DNA from: Euprymna scolopes
Taxonomy: Eukaryota
Length of the DNA: 64,000 nt
Assembly (NCBI GenBank): GCA_053919585.1
Contig: CM132788.1
Direction: 5' to 3' (one strand)
Shown: positions 39,907 to 53,299 of the stretch, in pieces
Layout: every line of letters starts with the position of its first letter
Position numbering within the stretch: the first letter of the stretch is position 1
Position numbers and translations under genes: made by a program
Notes under the pieces: generated by a model
What the model was told of the DNA's origin: nothing
Seen by the model: the letters and a program-made list of their open reading frames with translations, nothing else
Databases searched by the model: none

Positions 39907-40809
39907 TTATGGTGGGGGTGGTAAAACGTCTTTTCGAGATGATGGAAATAAAGTTCTCGTAGAGAAAACAACACGCACATTGGCAGCAAAATAACATCCA
40001 TGAACTGCTGAACTTATTTGTTTGGCAAATTTCTCAGTTACTTTACCTAACCAAGGCAGACGAAGATAAATTGGACATTTGACTACTATATTCTCTTTCA
40101 TTCGAGAGAATTCGGCCAAATTCTTTTGAATAGTTGACCTAATTACATCAAGGGGGTACCCATTTTTGGATAAAGTATCCGTAATTCTTTCTAATTCCTC
40201 ATCTAATTTTGATTTGGAACAAATCATAAGGGCACGATGTGTTAGGGTCCAAATTAGATTTATCTTACGTTTTCTGGGGCAAAATGAATCCCAACGAGTG
40301 TACAGACCTGTAAACGTTGGTTTACGGTATATAGATGTTTGGTAACTAGATGGCGTTTTTGTTAGCAATACATCAAGGAAGGCTATAGTTGAATTGCTCT
40401 CTCCCTCATAGGTGTACTTTAACGCGGGATGCATTCCATTGAGTAAGGAGAAAAAGGTGTTAGCTTCCGTTTGGTTATTAAATAAACAGAATGTGTCATC
40501 AAAATATCGGAAGTACACCAATGGCTTTATGGGTCCAGATAATAAGCGCTCTTCATGGAACCCCACAAAAATATTTGCCATGGTCCGTCCAAGTACTGAC
40601 CCCATGGCAACACCATCTTTTTGCCGGTACATAATATTGTTGAAACTAAATTCCACAGATGTAGTGGCAAGTTTCATAAGTTCATTAAATATGTGTTCAG
40701 GAATAGGAGGCGGTGATATCCGGCCACGATATAGAAAATCTGCACAGATATCTATAGTTTCCAAAACAGGGATACAAGTAAAAAGGTTGCTAATATCATA
40801 GGAGCACAT
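39907..40809 (-). pseudogene. Penelope-type reverse transcriptase (frameshifted)
   Basis: 300-aa ORF with PLE RT motifs; frameshifted at both ends relative to the flanking coding segments. Confidence 0.93.
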
Positions 40810-41138
40810 AAATCTATTAAAATCTTAGACTTTTTAATAACATCAGCAAAATAAAATGAATCTTTAAGACAATATTTACTATAATATTGTGAAACAGGTT
40901 GTAAAATGTCAAAGATCCATTTTGAGACCTTGTGTTGCGATGACCCTACCATAGAGAGAATGGGCCTTAATGGGATATCAGCTTTATGGGTTTTAGGGAG
41001 ACCATATAGCCTTGGTCGGATAGATCTAGAGGGTCTTATCTCACTAGATACGTTCTTCGGAAGTACACCATTTTTGACCCACTTGACCAGTTTCTTTTAA
41101 AATTTGGTTTCCAGGGAGGCGGTTGAATCATGAGTTGC

Positions 41139-41224
<86 letters not shown>

Positions 41225-41232
<8 letters not shown>

Positions 41233-41930
41233 TCACCCCAAACAAGGCACAGTGCCACTTTGAAGCAGGGGGCTACTATTAGGGACGAAATTAGCGGGGT
41301 CCTTATTATGAAGGGAGATGAGTAGAAAGATGTTTGTTAACGTTACACTTGAACTTCTGCATATCAGTGCAGTTGGGAAAGCAGAATCCCGGAAGGGAGT
41401 TTAAAAGACCCGCAGTTCTGGGGAAGAGACTATTGGAGTAAAAGGCTTTCTTGCACCTAGGGGTCTCTACTGTAAAGGGATGAGACTTAGTAGCTTGTCG
41501 GGTTTGTCGGGAGTAGTAACGTCGGGGAGGTACAAGTGTGTGCAGTTCGTCAGAGTATTCACCATTAAAGTATTTGTAGAACAGGCAGAGGGATTCAACA
41601 TCTCGTCGATGGGACAGAGGCTGAAGCCTAGATGACAGTTCAGGACCTATCAGGTTGGCGACTCTCTTTTGAACCCTGTCCAGGAGCGATTCACCAGCCC
41701 AGTTGTGACAACAGTACTCAATACATAGGCGAATGGAGGCCTTATAGAGGTATAGGATACTGTCAGGCGTAAGTAGTTTTCTAGCACGGTAGAGGGATCC
41801 AACCGTCCTTTCAGAAGCCTTGGCAATGCTCTCAATGTATCTATTCCAGTTCATATTCCCTGTAAACGTTAGGCCGAGGAGTTTAAAAGAAGTACTTCCA
41901 GCCAATGTGTTCTTGGTCATTGCTATTGAT
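41225..41930 (-). mobile_element. 5'-truncated CR1-group LINE copy (same family as 28405-31850)
   Basis: ORF 41306-41920 is closely similar to ORF 28493-29056. It has the same 3' UTR (caccccaaacaaggca), which abuts (TA)n. Confidence 0.95.
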
Positions 41931-42331
41931 ACATATTGATGTTAAAATTCGGGAGTAAGGGTACCATAGCTACTTATAAGGGTAATACAAATATACCAAA
42001 TAATAGTAGAGTAATTTTTCAATAATCTGTGACAGTGTTGTTTATAGTAGCAATATGCTATTCCTTCTCGATTAAATGATATTCATCTGATTTCATCTTC
42101 TATGGATAAGGAAGTCATGTTTGCTGACAATTCTATTGATAATGTTAGAACTATTTTTCTTGCTTTTCTTTGGAAGATTGACGAGCCCCTTCATTCTATA
42201 ATTATCCCGTCAAAGATGGTTGTTATTATTCGTTCTGACTTTGAGTAGTCGATGCATCTTATCTTGCTTCCATTCCGTTTACGTTTTTTTAGCATTGTTC
42301 TCCTCAACATTTTTCAATCCTCTGAAAATTA

Positions 42332-43514
42332 TTAGGTTAGGAAAAACGTTATTGTGGATTTTTTAATTTTGGTTTAAAATGATGTATTTTCAAATATTTT
42401 TTTCGTTATAATACATTTAATTCATATATTATTTTTTACGAGCATTTTTCGATCTATCGTTTCAGAACAATTATGGCAGTCCAAATACAAGACGGGAAAA
42501 AAGCAAATTCCTTCAATTTTGCGATATAAATTCAAGCTAGATTGAACTAATGATGAAATATATCGTAATATCAATGAAGGTAAACCCCAGCAACGAACTA
42601 CTGAACGCACAGTACACGGGTTGCTTACGTAATTTCGTGGCAGCGACGATAGTCTTTAAGATGGTGAGCGTAATTGTTGGCAATCGGATGTTGACAGCGA
42701 TTTATTAAGCGCCTCAGCTGAAGCACATCATTGTACAACTGTTTAAAAACGTGCTTCTTTATTACACGTAACGTATAAAATTTGTAGCGACTAAGATTGG
42801 ATAGACAATACACTTTGATAAATGGGTGCATTACGAATTGAACCACAACCAACAGAAAGGCCGTTATAAAGTGTTACTTTCCCTTCCTTTACGCAACAAA
42901 ACGGATACATTTCTAGGTCGAGATTTGATAAAAAAAAATGTGTTCTTTTTTAAACCGGCTCAGATAGTGGTTAGATGCCAACAAAGCTCCACGACACGGT
43001 TCAAACCAAAAGTTTCACAAAAACAAGGTCATATTGAGTGTTGGGTGTCTGTAACCGATCTAATTTATTACGAAGTTTTGAATACCAGCGAAAATGCTAA
43101 GAAGAGAAGAACTGCCAACAAATAAATAAAAAACATAAAAAAATGTGACAAAAAATATTAGTCGACAGGAAAAAGTGCAATTCTCCTCTATGACAATGCC
43201 CGAAGGCACGTTGCTAAGCGGTTCTCCAGAAGTTTAAAGAATTGGACTAGGAAAGTCTACCTCATGTGCTATACTCTCCCGACTAATCATCTACTTTTTT
43301 AACATTTCGACAACTGTCTCTGTTAAATATGCTAAAAACACTGAAGCGATATCGAGAACGCCTTCAGCAACGTCATCGTTACGAGAACGCAAGATTTATA
43401 CGTTAATTTCATAAATACACTTGTTCGGCGTTGGCCAACTGCGTTGATTCTGATAGTACATATTTCGATCCAGAAAGTTTTGTTCGGGCCGCAATAACTT
43501 TCATGTCAACATGA
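42332..43514 (+). mobile_element. Decayed full-length mariner (Hsmar1/SETMAR-like) DNA transposon
   Basis: Transposase remnants YKFKL..RNINE..ERTV, KWVHYEL (WVPHEL), ILLYDNARRH (HDNARPH), YSPD and CVDSDSTYFD. Imperfect TIRs ttaggttaggaaaaacgttattgtgg / ccgcaataactttcatgtcaacatga, each flanked by TA (42330-42331, 43515-43516). Confidence 0.9.
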
Positions 43515-43819
43515 TATTTAGAACAATACCCACACAATACTTTTGATCATTATTGCCTGAGTTTTGCACATATATAGCCCTATTTCAGTTACAGCTACGT
43601 TCCTGATAAGGATGAATGGTTTTAAATACAGCAGTTGAAGTAAAATCTGCAATAGCCTTCTTGTAAACTCAATAATGCAATCCTTCTATGACGATATGAG
43701 AATATCTTTATTCTGCATAGTTTAAAGAGGACAGTCGATAAAAGATTTGGTGAAACAGAAAATATCTTTCATACCGTTCTTATGAAATATATAAAATTAC
43801 ATTAATCTATCATATTTCT

Positions 43820-44908
43820 AAAATTTTTGCGGGACCTGTGGGGGACATTTACTACCCGATAATAGTTGACACTTACTCTAAATGGCCAGAAGTACTAAGA
43901 TGCAAAAAACCGCCCACGGCAACAACGACATATTTTTTATTGGAATTGTTTGCTCGGTTTGGGGTTGTAGAGTTTTTGGTTTGCGACAACACTACACAGT
44001 TCACCTCGACAGGGTCTAGAGAATTCTTCAAAGCGTATCAAGTCAAGCATGGTACGACACGCCAGTACCACGCCAGAAGCAACGGCCAGGCCGAAAGCTT
44101 TATCGATACGCTAAAAATGGCATTAAAAAATCCGACTGGTACACGGAGAGAAAAGGCCCTTCAGTAATTTCTGCAGGTTTACAGAATCACGAGAAATCCG
44201 AACAAACCAGATGCGGAATCTCCAGCAGAAATCATGTTTGGACAGAAAATAGAATCCGTATTTGATAAACGGCTACACAAACATATAGTACACAACAGAA
44301 CCTCTACAATCCCAACGAAACGGTTTAACAGCGGAACGTGCTTTTTAGATATTTTAGAAATAACGTTTCTTTTTGGGAACAGGCACGAGCTTACGAAGTA
44401 TCGGACATGTAATATACTGTTCATCATTCAGGGCCAAATATTCCAACATAATAGGCATCTGCACTAAACCAGGAAGGGCTTCTACGAAGATCAAGAAGAA
44501 CCAACGCAGGACGGCACGGAGACGATTGAAACTGTGTATGGCTGTTTTGACATAGGCCCTCCAAAAGGGGTGTCAGAACCGAGACGCTCCGGCAGAAAGA
44601 GGAAGCGCACAAACCCCCTAGTGGTATGCCCCAAAAGGAAGAAATACTGATTTTCACAACTGCGGAGATCAGCTTGGGAGGGGTTGTTGTGGGGGCATCA
44701 CCCTCCAGCGGAACTGTTCTATCCATTATATAAGCCATATACCTTTTGTTCCCAGGTGTGGATTAAACACCAGAGGCATCCACGCCTGCTCGGTGACGTT
44801 TACTACTCTTTTCAGTCGTACCCTTTTTACGTTGTTGTTCTAGCAATATCTCGTTTAAACTCTATTCCGTTGTTCTGTTTTCTTAGTGGCTAAGTGCAAG
44901 CCATAACA
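43820..44908 (+). mobile_element. 3' fragment of a Ty3/Gypsy LTR retrotransposon (integrase + PPT + 3' LTR)
   Basis: FAGP..YYPIIVDTYSKWPEV...LFARFG...VCDNTTQF...YHARSNGQAESF (rve integrase core), then SPAEIMFG. Polypurine tract GGGAGGGG at 44676-44683. Confidence 0.9.
44685..44908 (+). repeat. 3' LTR (224 bp)
   Basis: Begins TGTTGTGG immediately after the PPT and ends CCATAACA (7/8 inverted match, TG...CA). TATATAA at ~44727. Confidence 0.75.
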
Positions 44909-47621
44909 GAATATGAAGTAATTGTCCCATCGTATCCAATGTCTTTACTCGTTAGCTAAACGAGGCCTCGTCCTATATTCTATTCAATTTTATGGAACTC
45001 CTTTTTCTATAGACCCACCACCTCCCATACGTCGAGTTGGTATCCTAAATTTCAACATTCAGACTTCAATGCAATGTTTCAGTTCTTCGATTCATATTTA
45101 TATCATAACTGTTCTAATATTATCCTCGAATCAACAATAACTGATAATTTTTTTCTCTCCAAAATACCTAAGTAATAATGTTTATTGGTTAGTCTGCATC
45201 TACCTAATTTAATATATCATACACGTAATTACCTGGTTTACCTTTACACATTTGATTAAAAACACAATACATTTTTCAGAGGAATGCTTCATAGAATACT
45301 AGTCATATGTGAATAAAAATGCACACAACTCTTAGGCAGATATCCAGTGCAGATATAGAATATGTTTAAATTCATAGTATGCATGTCCAAGCTATTAACA
45401 CACATTTGGAAGGTTGTCATGTATAACAAGATCCTAGATGACTATTATTTCTGTGTACATAGTGGGCTGGTATCTTTTCTGGTAAGGTAATGCAAATTGC
45501 CTAGGAATCATGGGGTTTTGTGGATAGCGTTTTTCTTTTGTATTTTATCATGATGCAACTCTCGTATGAATTATCCTGCAAATTAATCCATCCAGTATTA
45601 TATACGTTTTAATGGTGAGATATTAAGAATCGAACATATTAAATCTGTTACTGACACATATTTTGGTGATAAAACCTGCCATATAATTATGGGTATATAC
45701 TTGTATAATGTTGCGTGCGGACAGAGCGCACATGTTCTGGTGTATGTAAAAATGCTGTGAATGATTGCTTAAATCCCGATGGAGAGTTTTAATATATTCT
45801 TCAAATAACGAAGCCATTTCATGTGTAAACCCTGTTGCATATTATCTCTTATAATGAATCGATCTATAATTCTACATTGTATAAAACATCGCCAATGTTT
45901 TCTACTATCAGCATTATCCGAAAAAAAACATGCAATGCAAATATGTTTGTCTAAACCTTTGGAGAAAGTACGCTATCGGTTCTGTAAAAGGGAAGAAAGT
46001 AATCAAAGAATGTGACAGATAAACGACTAGAGAATAAACAAACTCGCGATGAGAGAGTAGTCATCCGTTAATATGAAATTCGTCAGCGAATTCGATAATC
46101 CAATTGCCTATTTAAAATGTCAGATTGTGTGATTGTTATTTTTCTCGTCTACATATTTTCATAAAAATATATTATTGGAAATATTTCATACTCATTGTTT
46201 AAACTGGTGTATGTACTCATTGCGACATTAGATATATTTTACATTTGATGTAAAATCTTTCTAAAGTGAATTAATATTTTATCATGTCTAAATGTATTGC
46301 GCACATCTTTCGAGTTGTGAAATACGCTTAAATATATAATAATTCATACATATTTCGTATTTATTAACAAAGAGTTTATAATATTTTCGTTAATATATTT
46401 AATCTAATATAATTTATTGATATCAAAATTTTTAAAGCATAAATTGGGTGACATCATCTTAAATCAAAACCAAAAAATGTAACGATCAGACTATGCTACA
46501 TATGCATATATTTATATCGGGATTGCAAGGAAGTATGTATTACCCAACGATCTGAAGGGGGTAACTGATTTTGTGCATGCGTAGAAAGAAGACAAATGTG
46601 TTGGCTATGTTGAATACACATCTGACATCTCACATTGGGATATATTTCTGTACTTGTTATTTGTTCATAGAAGTTAAAATTTCACTCATTATACACGATC
46701 CTTTGTTATGTTCTGTAAATTGCAGTGTTTCAATGTAAGTAGTTTAAGAGATGTTCAGTAAACTGTTTACGCACAGACACAAAGATAGGCATACACACAT
46801 AGATTTACTGATTAAGTTATGTCGAACATTTTACAAACTTCATAACTTTTAAATAGTCATGAAATTTTGAAAATGTTTCTGAGTAAATACACAAATATAT
46901 TATAAACGTATTCTAAGAAAAATTATTAAAAAACTCGTTCATCGTTTAATAGTCTGCATGATATTATTGATTTGAAATATTTGAAGCAGTATGTTTTTAT
47001 GCAATCGGTAAGCATATAAAATAGAATAACTGCAGTCGAAATGTTAATCAAATCTTGTTATCGCCTACTTATATAAAGACGACAGTGTGTATGTGCGGAA
47101 TCTCGTGTGTATATGCATGTGAGTTTGGCTACGATATAGCCGATTAAAAAAAATTACGCAAATATAATTTATGTGTCTGGGAATTTTAAAATGTTTTTTT
47201 TTTATAACAATGCCTATTATAATCATAAAAGATTGATTGTGAAGTATAATCACCATAATGACTCAAGAAACATTCCCATAAAAACAACTATAGGTACTTT
47301 CATAAGAAAGAACCATGTTCAAAATCATTGTTTTCGTTCAAGTCTAGCTTAATTTTAAACATAAACCAATTAGTAGATAATAAATCATAGCACAGTCTTT
47401 ATTTTAATGTAACATACCAACAAAATAATATATAACACATAAAGTCTTGTTCATTTTCAATGTCTCCGTTCGAAATTTTCTCTGAATTTTCGAGTTCAAC
47501 AGAAACATTTCCGAGTTCGACCAGATACACCCGAAAAAGGTCAGAGATGACATCGAGCGAAACGTTGTGAAAATGATATTCAAGATGAGAACAACCAATC
47601 TGTATCTCAAGAATTCTGAAA

Positions 47622-47981
47622 NNNNNNNNNNNNNNNNNNNNNNNNNNNNNNNNNNNNNNNNNNNNNNNNNNNNNNNNNNNNNNNNNNNNNNNNNNNNNNN
47701 NNNNNNNNNNNNNNNNNNNNNNNNNNNNNNNNNNNNNNNNNNNNNNNNNNNNNNNNNNNNNNNNNNNNNNNNNNNNNNNNNNNNNNNNNNNNNNNNNNNN
47801 NNNNNNNNNNNNNNNNNNNNNNNNNNNNNNNNNNNNNNNNNNNNNNNNNNNNNNNNNNNNNNNNNNNNNNNNNNNNNNNNNNNNNNNNNNNNNNNNNNNN
47901 NNNNNNNNNNNNNNNNNNNNNNNNNNNNNNNNNNNNNNNNNNNNNNNNNNNNNNNNNNNNNNNNNNNNNNNNNNNNNNNNN
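47622..47981. other. Assembly gap (others at 17045-17242, 57021-57379, 63361-63490)
   Basis: Runs of N. Confidence 1.
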
Positions 47982-49249
47982 TAACGCGAGAAGAGTGACG
48001 GCTTATTAGCACAGAAGAAAAAGGTACCAGCGCAAAAGCAAAAAGATTGAAATACCGTAAGTTGGGGTAATTCCACAAATCCGCGCCAACTGGTCTTTTG
48101 GGAACCACTCATATAAATAGCATTTTGTTTATATTGGCGCAATTATATCCGGATTTTTCACAATTAAACAAAAGTTAGCTAAAAGACGTAAATTAAAAAC
48201 AAAACGCATTCATAATCATAAAAAATTACACGTTTTCAGCGCAGGTTTTTAGTTGGCCAGAATATATGTGTTCGACTTCAATGGTAATACTGAGAATAAT
48301 CCGACAACTTCAATACATTAAATGCATAAGTTAATGATGACAGTTATTACACAATGGAGTAGAAGAAATCCCTCATTTGTTCTCGGACCGAATGTCACCG
48401 ATGTAAAAAATGAGTGTGTTAATTTTGATTTTGCCTGATTTATACCTTTAACTTACATTAAAATTAGATAAAAATATCTGTCAAATCATACTGTGAGAAA
48501 AATCCAACACTTTTTTACTCAGTGACTTTGTGCATAAACAATGCTGTATGATATTAAACTAGCTACTACACAACACTCTTTTAGCTCATATGACCAGTAT
48601 ATATCATTTTACAATTACTACAATATAAGCGTAAACTATGAATACTTATAATGCAGTTGTGCTATTTCTTTGTTTTTATCTACATAATTTCAATACGTAT
48701 CTGTGAATTATAGCTTCAAATTGTAAAGGTAGTAACATTTTGTTAGTAAATTTTGTAATTTTTTAGCGTCGTATAATAATTTATATTGCATGTATCATAC
48801 AGACAGGAAAAAACGATATTAACATTGATAAATATATATATATAACAGGCGACTAACCAATCTCAATACTTAAGACGAAACTTTTAAATTGTCTGTTTCA
48901 ACCCGTTGTAAAACTGGATGCATAAGCCTAAAGGTGGACTGCATTTGAATATCGTCATGAACTCCTTACATATTTGGACGCAAATGATAATGGATGTCAT
49001 AAAGTTTCCACAAAATTTAAAATAATCGGCGCATTATTAATCAGTGAGGAATTAATATTTTAGTGTAAAGAAGTGGGATAAATATAAATACACATGATAA
49101 TAAAGAAAATAAAATAATTTATATATGCCCATACACATTCAATAACAATAACAACGACAACAACAACATATAAAGAAAAAAGAAAACAGAAAGAAAAATC
49201 GGTAAACGACGTATAAGTGGTTACAAGAGTATGTAGCAACCTTGTTATG

Positions 49250-51591
49250 ACGGAATAGATGCATACTGGCTAAAATTGTAATTAAACAACATTAGAGGAT
49301 TATTAAAAACCTGAGTGGACTCCCACACACTAAAAGGCAGATACAAAAGTAACTGCATGCGGCAATTCATTAGAGTGCAAGTGAGAAAATAAATGTATTA
49401 CTTCATTATTAATGTAAAACTTCTTTCCGAAAATTAAAAAAATCAACATTCCTTACTGCATATAGATCATTTAACTTGAAAGAGGTAAACGTAGAAAAAT
49501 AATATTATAAGAATCGCTCAGATATAGAAATTAGAATGCTTTAGAATGTGCTAAAACAACAAAATAATACCAATCTGATTGAAAATTCCAATGAAACAAA
49601 GATTCACACTGATGACTGAGAAACAATAAATATCTGCCAACGCTATTTTATATCACCATTATTATAAATCAAAATGATAATACCCCTTTAGAAGAAAATA
49701 AGACAATACCACATCGGACACAGTTTCACTAATACAGATGTATGGGTGAATTATTTAATGCGAATGGATGACGAGAAGATATAGAACCAACACAACACTA
49801 GATATGATAATAAACTAAGGCAGAATCAATAGAAAGAATACTGGAATATAATTCCCTGTATAGAAATACACGTTTGTAAAAATAAAAAAAAATAAAAAAA
49901 ACACATTGGATAAAACTGACAGTATAATACAAGGAAACTTAACTAAAACAACACTTACACATATATGGGCGTTTTGATATCAGAAAAAAACTCAACGCAA
50001 ACAGAAATAATAAAAGACAATCGAAAAATAATAGTTATGAATAAGAAGAGAATCACTAATGAAATCCCCTATATTGTAGAAAGCTTAGACGCATGCAAAT
50101 TATTACAAGCAAGGTAATCCAGTCCGTTTATAGATAGGACCAACATGAATCATGCACCTTGCTCAGAAAAAAAAAAAAACAACAAAAGAACTTATGCACA
50201 ATACCCTATACGTGCAGGACTATTGTAATCAATAAAACAAGCAAAAAATAGAGGTAGAAGAATGGTTTCTTTTTAAGTTTGTGTGAATAACATAATAACA
50301 TATTTTTGTTTAAATAAATAACGTAGAACACAGAATGGCTGATTGCAACAGAAGGGACATTGAAGAATTTAATAAAGTATAAACCAGAGAGGGAATAGAT
50401 AACACGACAAAAGACGAATCTGAATAAAAACATCATTACTGATTATTGTTTAGAATGACAAAATATGCAACGAACGGAACACATTGAAATTGCAAAAAAA
50501 TAAACCTAAACACGGAAACTGAATCCCTTATAACGTCTTCATAAGATAACGCGATTAAAACAAACAACCTTAAAACAATTATCGACGAAGCAAGAAAATA
50601 GCAAATAAAAACTATATTCTCAAAAGAAGAAAGCAAGGATTCGCTTACAAACCGAATGGAACAAACTATTCAAAAAAGTATACAAGAATATACCCAGTTA
50701 AGAAACAGAAGACAGCACACTGGGAATTAAACAGACGAGTATATCTTTACATCTAAATACATAAAGCAAGCACTAACTGTCAACATTACTTGCAATACAA
50801 TTCTCAAAGGCATATGTTACATTGACATTTTTACTGATGAACTTATCTAAGAATGGCAACCAGAAGCCATTAAAGCTAAGAAAAAGGAAACTCTTTGCAA
50901 GATCCTTGTTTTTGCTGTCTCAGCAAATAACAGGGTAAATATCAAGGAGACTGGGAAATGAAGCCAAAATAAGTAATTGGCAAGATAACTTAATGAGATA
51001 TGAAAGATGATAAGTCATTGAAAATACAAAACTGGTATAATAACAGAAGACAAATAACAAAAAAGTGGCATTGCCATCAAGAGGATCAATAACAAGATAC
51101 AACATATAACAATAATGATAATGACTGAATATTTAACGATAAAATTTTAGACAGAGATGTATAAGAGTAAAACAATAACATACACAAATATTACATGAAA
51201 TTATAAAAGATAACATCGTATAAGTGTAAGTTGATTTTTCTCTTATACATATATTATATTACGGTGTCATTTATGACATCCCACAGAATAGTTCTAAAGA
51301 AGATGTAAAAATCGAGAATAGAAACCCAGATACCAGACAAGAGTTTTAATAATGCCGAGAAATAAGCGACCTTCGGAAACTAGTGCTACATTTAATAAAG
51401 TGAAGAATAATTATGATTACCAGGAAGAGATCGATGCTATGTAGTAAATTATTCTAAAAGTTTTGTTTAGATGTTGCGAGCACAAGATAATTGGGAAGAC
51501 TTGTCGTTACTCAGACTTAGTCAACGCTTATAGTGTAACTTAAATAAAGTCTTCCGCAATAGCCATTTTATACCTGCTTGTGATTTCATGA

Positions 51592-51669
<78 letters not shown>
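49250..51669 (+). mobile_element. Heavily decayed Dong/R4-type non-LTR retrotransposon ending in (TAA)n
   Basis: A-rich coding-like bias, an RNxEDS-W-like trace (~50700) and an EKxxDL-like trace (~51355). The 3' segment gggaagacttgtcgttactcagact is followed by a long (AAT)n. Dong elements are known to target TAA repeats. Boundaries are uncertain. Confidence 0.45.
51592..51669. repeat. (AAT)26 microsatellite
   Basis: Directly visible. Confidence 0.98.
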
Positions 51670-51670
<1 letters not shown>

Positions 51671-51699
51671 TTTTGGTGAGGTTTGACACAATACATACA

Positions 51700-52530
51700 T
51701 TTTTACAGACAACGAAATCACAGAGTTTGCAGGTGATTTTTCAAATAAAGTTGCTTGTTATTTATGTGTAATGAAACTGCACACCAGTGATAGGTGTTAT
51801 TGTTTTTGGAAGAGTTGAAAAAATTTAAAAATTATCCCATATATCAGAATACATTTCATTTGTGCGTGGTCTTACAAAATACTAACGTGAGGATTAACTT
51901 TGGTTTTTACTGCACTTCAGGGAGAGGTTTCTTGGATTTAGTTAGTGTTGAACTAATTAGACATTTTTAGAGTTACCAAATTATGCCCTGTTTGTACGTA
52001 TTCTTCTTTTAACAGAATTCATTTAGATATTTTACTTTAATTTGAATACGCACAAGTGTGCTTTTTAATTGATTTCTCTAGGCGGTTAAATAATTAAAAC
52101 TGTTTTACAGATACCAAAGTACGCAGCGTTTGCGTGTAGATTTTCAACGGAATTTACTTGTGAATTTTACTTTTATTTTGACAGCCCATCAAGGCAGCGG
52201 TGTGATTGTTTTGTGAGTTTTGAAATAATTTTAACATTTCACAGATATAAAACGATTCTGCGATTTCACGTGATTTTGCAATGAACTTAATGTGAGGATT
52301 TTGCTATCATTTTGATTGCACATTAATGAGAAGTGTCATTGTTTAATGGGAGTAAGAATATTTTTTTAATCTGATACCAAACTGCGTAGAGTTTCTATCT
52401 GAATTTTTAACGGAATTTACTTCACGAGTTTACTTAAATTTCGAGTCTACAGAAAAAAGACGGTGTCGTTTTTATTTGTGGGTGTTGAAATAATTTAAAA
52501 TTTTCACCGACATAAGAAGGCGCGGTTTCT
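51700..52530. repeat. Old, highly diverged ~134-bp tandem array (about 6 units)
   Basis: The anchor GTTGAAATAATTTAAAATTTTCACAGATA recurs in variant form at ~51814, 51947, 52084, 52219, 52351 and 52484. AACGGAATTTACTT occurs at ~52146 and ~52409. Confidence 0.75.
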
Positions 52531-53299
52531 TTCTTTATGTTCACATCGCCTTTGATTATTATTTGTTTATTTATATTAATAATTGTAATATTAATAATAT
52601 TTGTATCAATGATGAATAAGATATGGTGATTATATTAGTAATTATTCTATATATTATATATTATATCCACTACTATATTTACCATCCATTCTTTTTCTAT
52701 TCTTATGAATTTGGTTTTATTTTTATTGTTACTGTTAATATATTACTACTCTTCTAACTTACTTCAATAGCATGTTCAAATCGTTAGCCTCTATAAATAT
52801 AGTAATACCCCCTGCTTTCTTGTGTAGATTAGTCTTTAAGCCCGGGAGAACTTTGTTTCTGATGAGACGGAGTGCATAAGCTGAATAACTTGCGCGTTTA
52901 AACATGTAGCCCTGGGTATTTATTACTCGGCAGTCTGGTAATACTAATCTACTAAGGAAAGGAAAAGTCTAATTTCAAGTAAGTACAGATCGTGTCATGA
53001 AAAAAATACCGGTGGGTGTTAAAAAAAATTACAAAACTTTTTATAAATTAAATAGCAATACACAATTTTAAGAATAACGTCGTGAATCTTACTGAAAATC
53101 AAAATGGAGGGTATTATACAGCAGCAGCGAAAACCTAACCGTAAACATGCAATTGCTAGATGAAAGTGAAGTAAAAAAAAAAAACATTAGCACGGTAATT
53201 ATGGAAATGTTTTAAAGTAGCAATTCTCGTGGCGAAAATTGAAAGCATATTAGGGGGGTACATGAAGCGTATCTTAAGAGAATTGATGAGAATGAGGAA

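Larger units (their letters stand above)
39341..41141 (-). mobile_element. Penelope-like element (RT + GIY-YIG endonuclease), 5'-truncated, flanked by (TA)n on both sides
   Basis: Motifs PRLYGLPKTHK..PLRPI, YDISNLFT, QKDGVAMGSVLG, YFRYFDD, FLDV and YRKPTFTG. GIY-YIG motif NVIYNFKCGCGANYLGRT...RIQQH...ILESIH. (TA)n tracts at 39288-39340 and 41142-41224. Confidence 0.95.

Noticed and set aside
52855-52895. CTGATGAG as a hammerhead core (similar words at ~49613 and ~53374)
   Set aside because: There is no properly placed GAAA with supporting stems.
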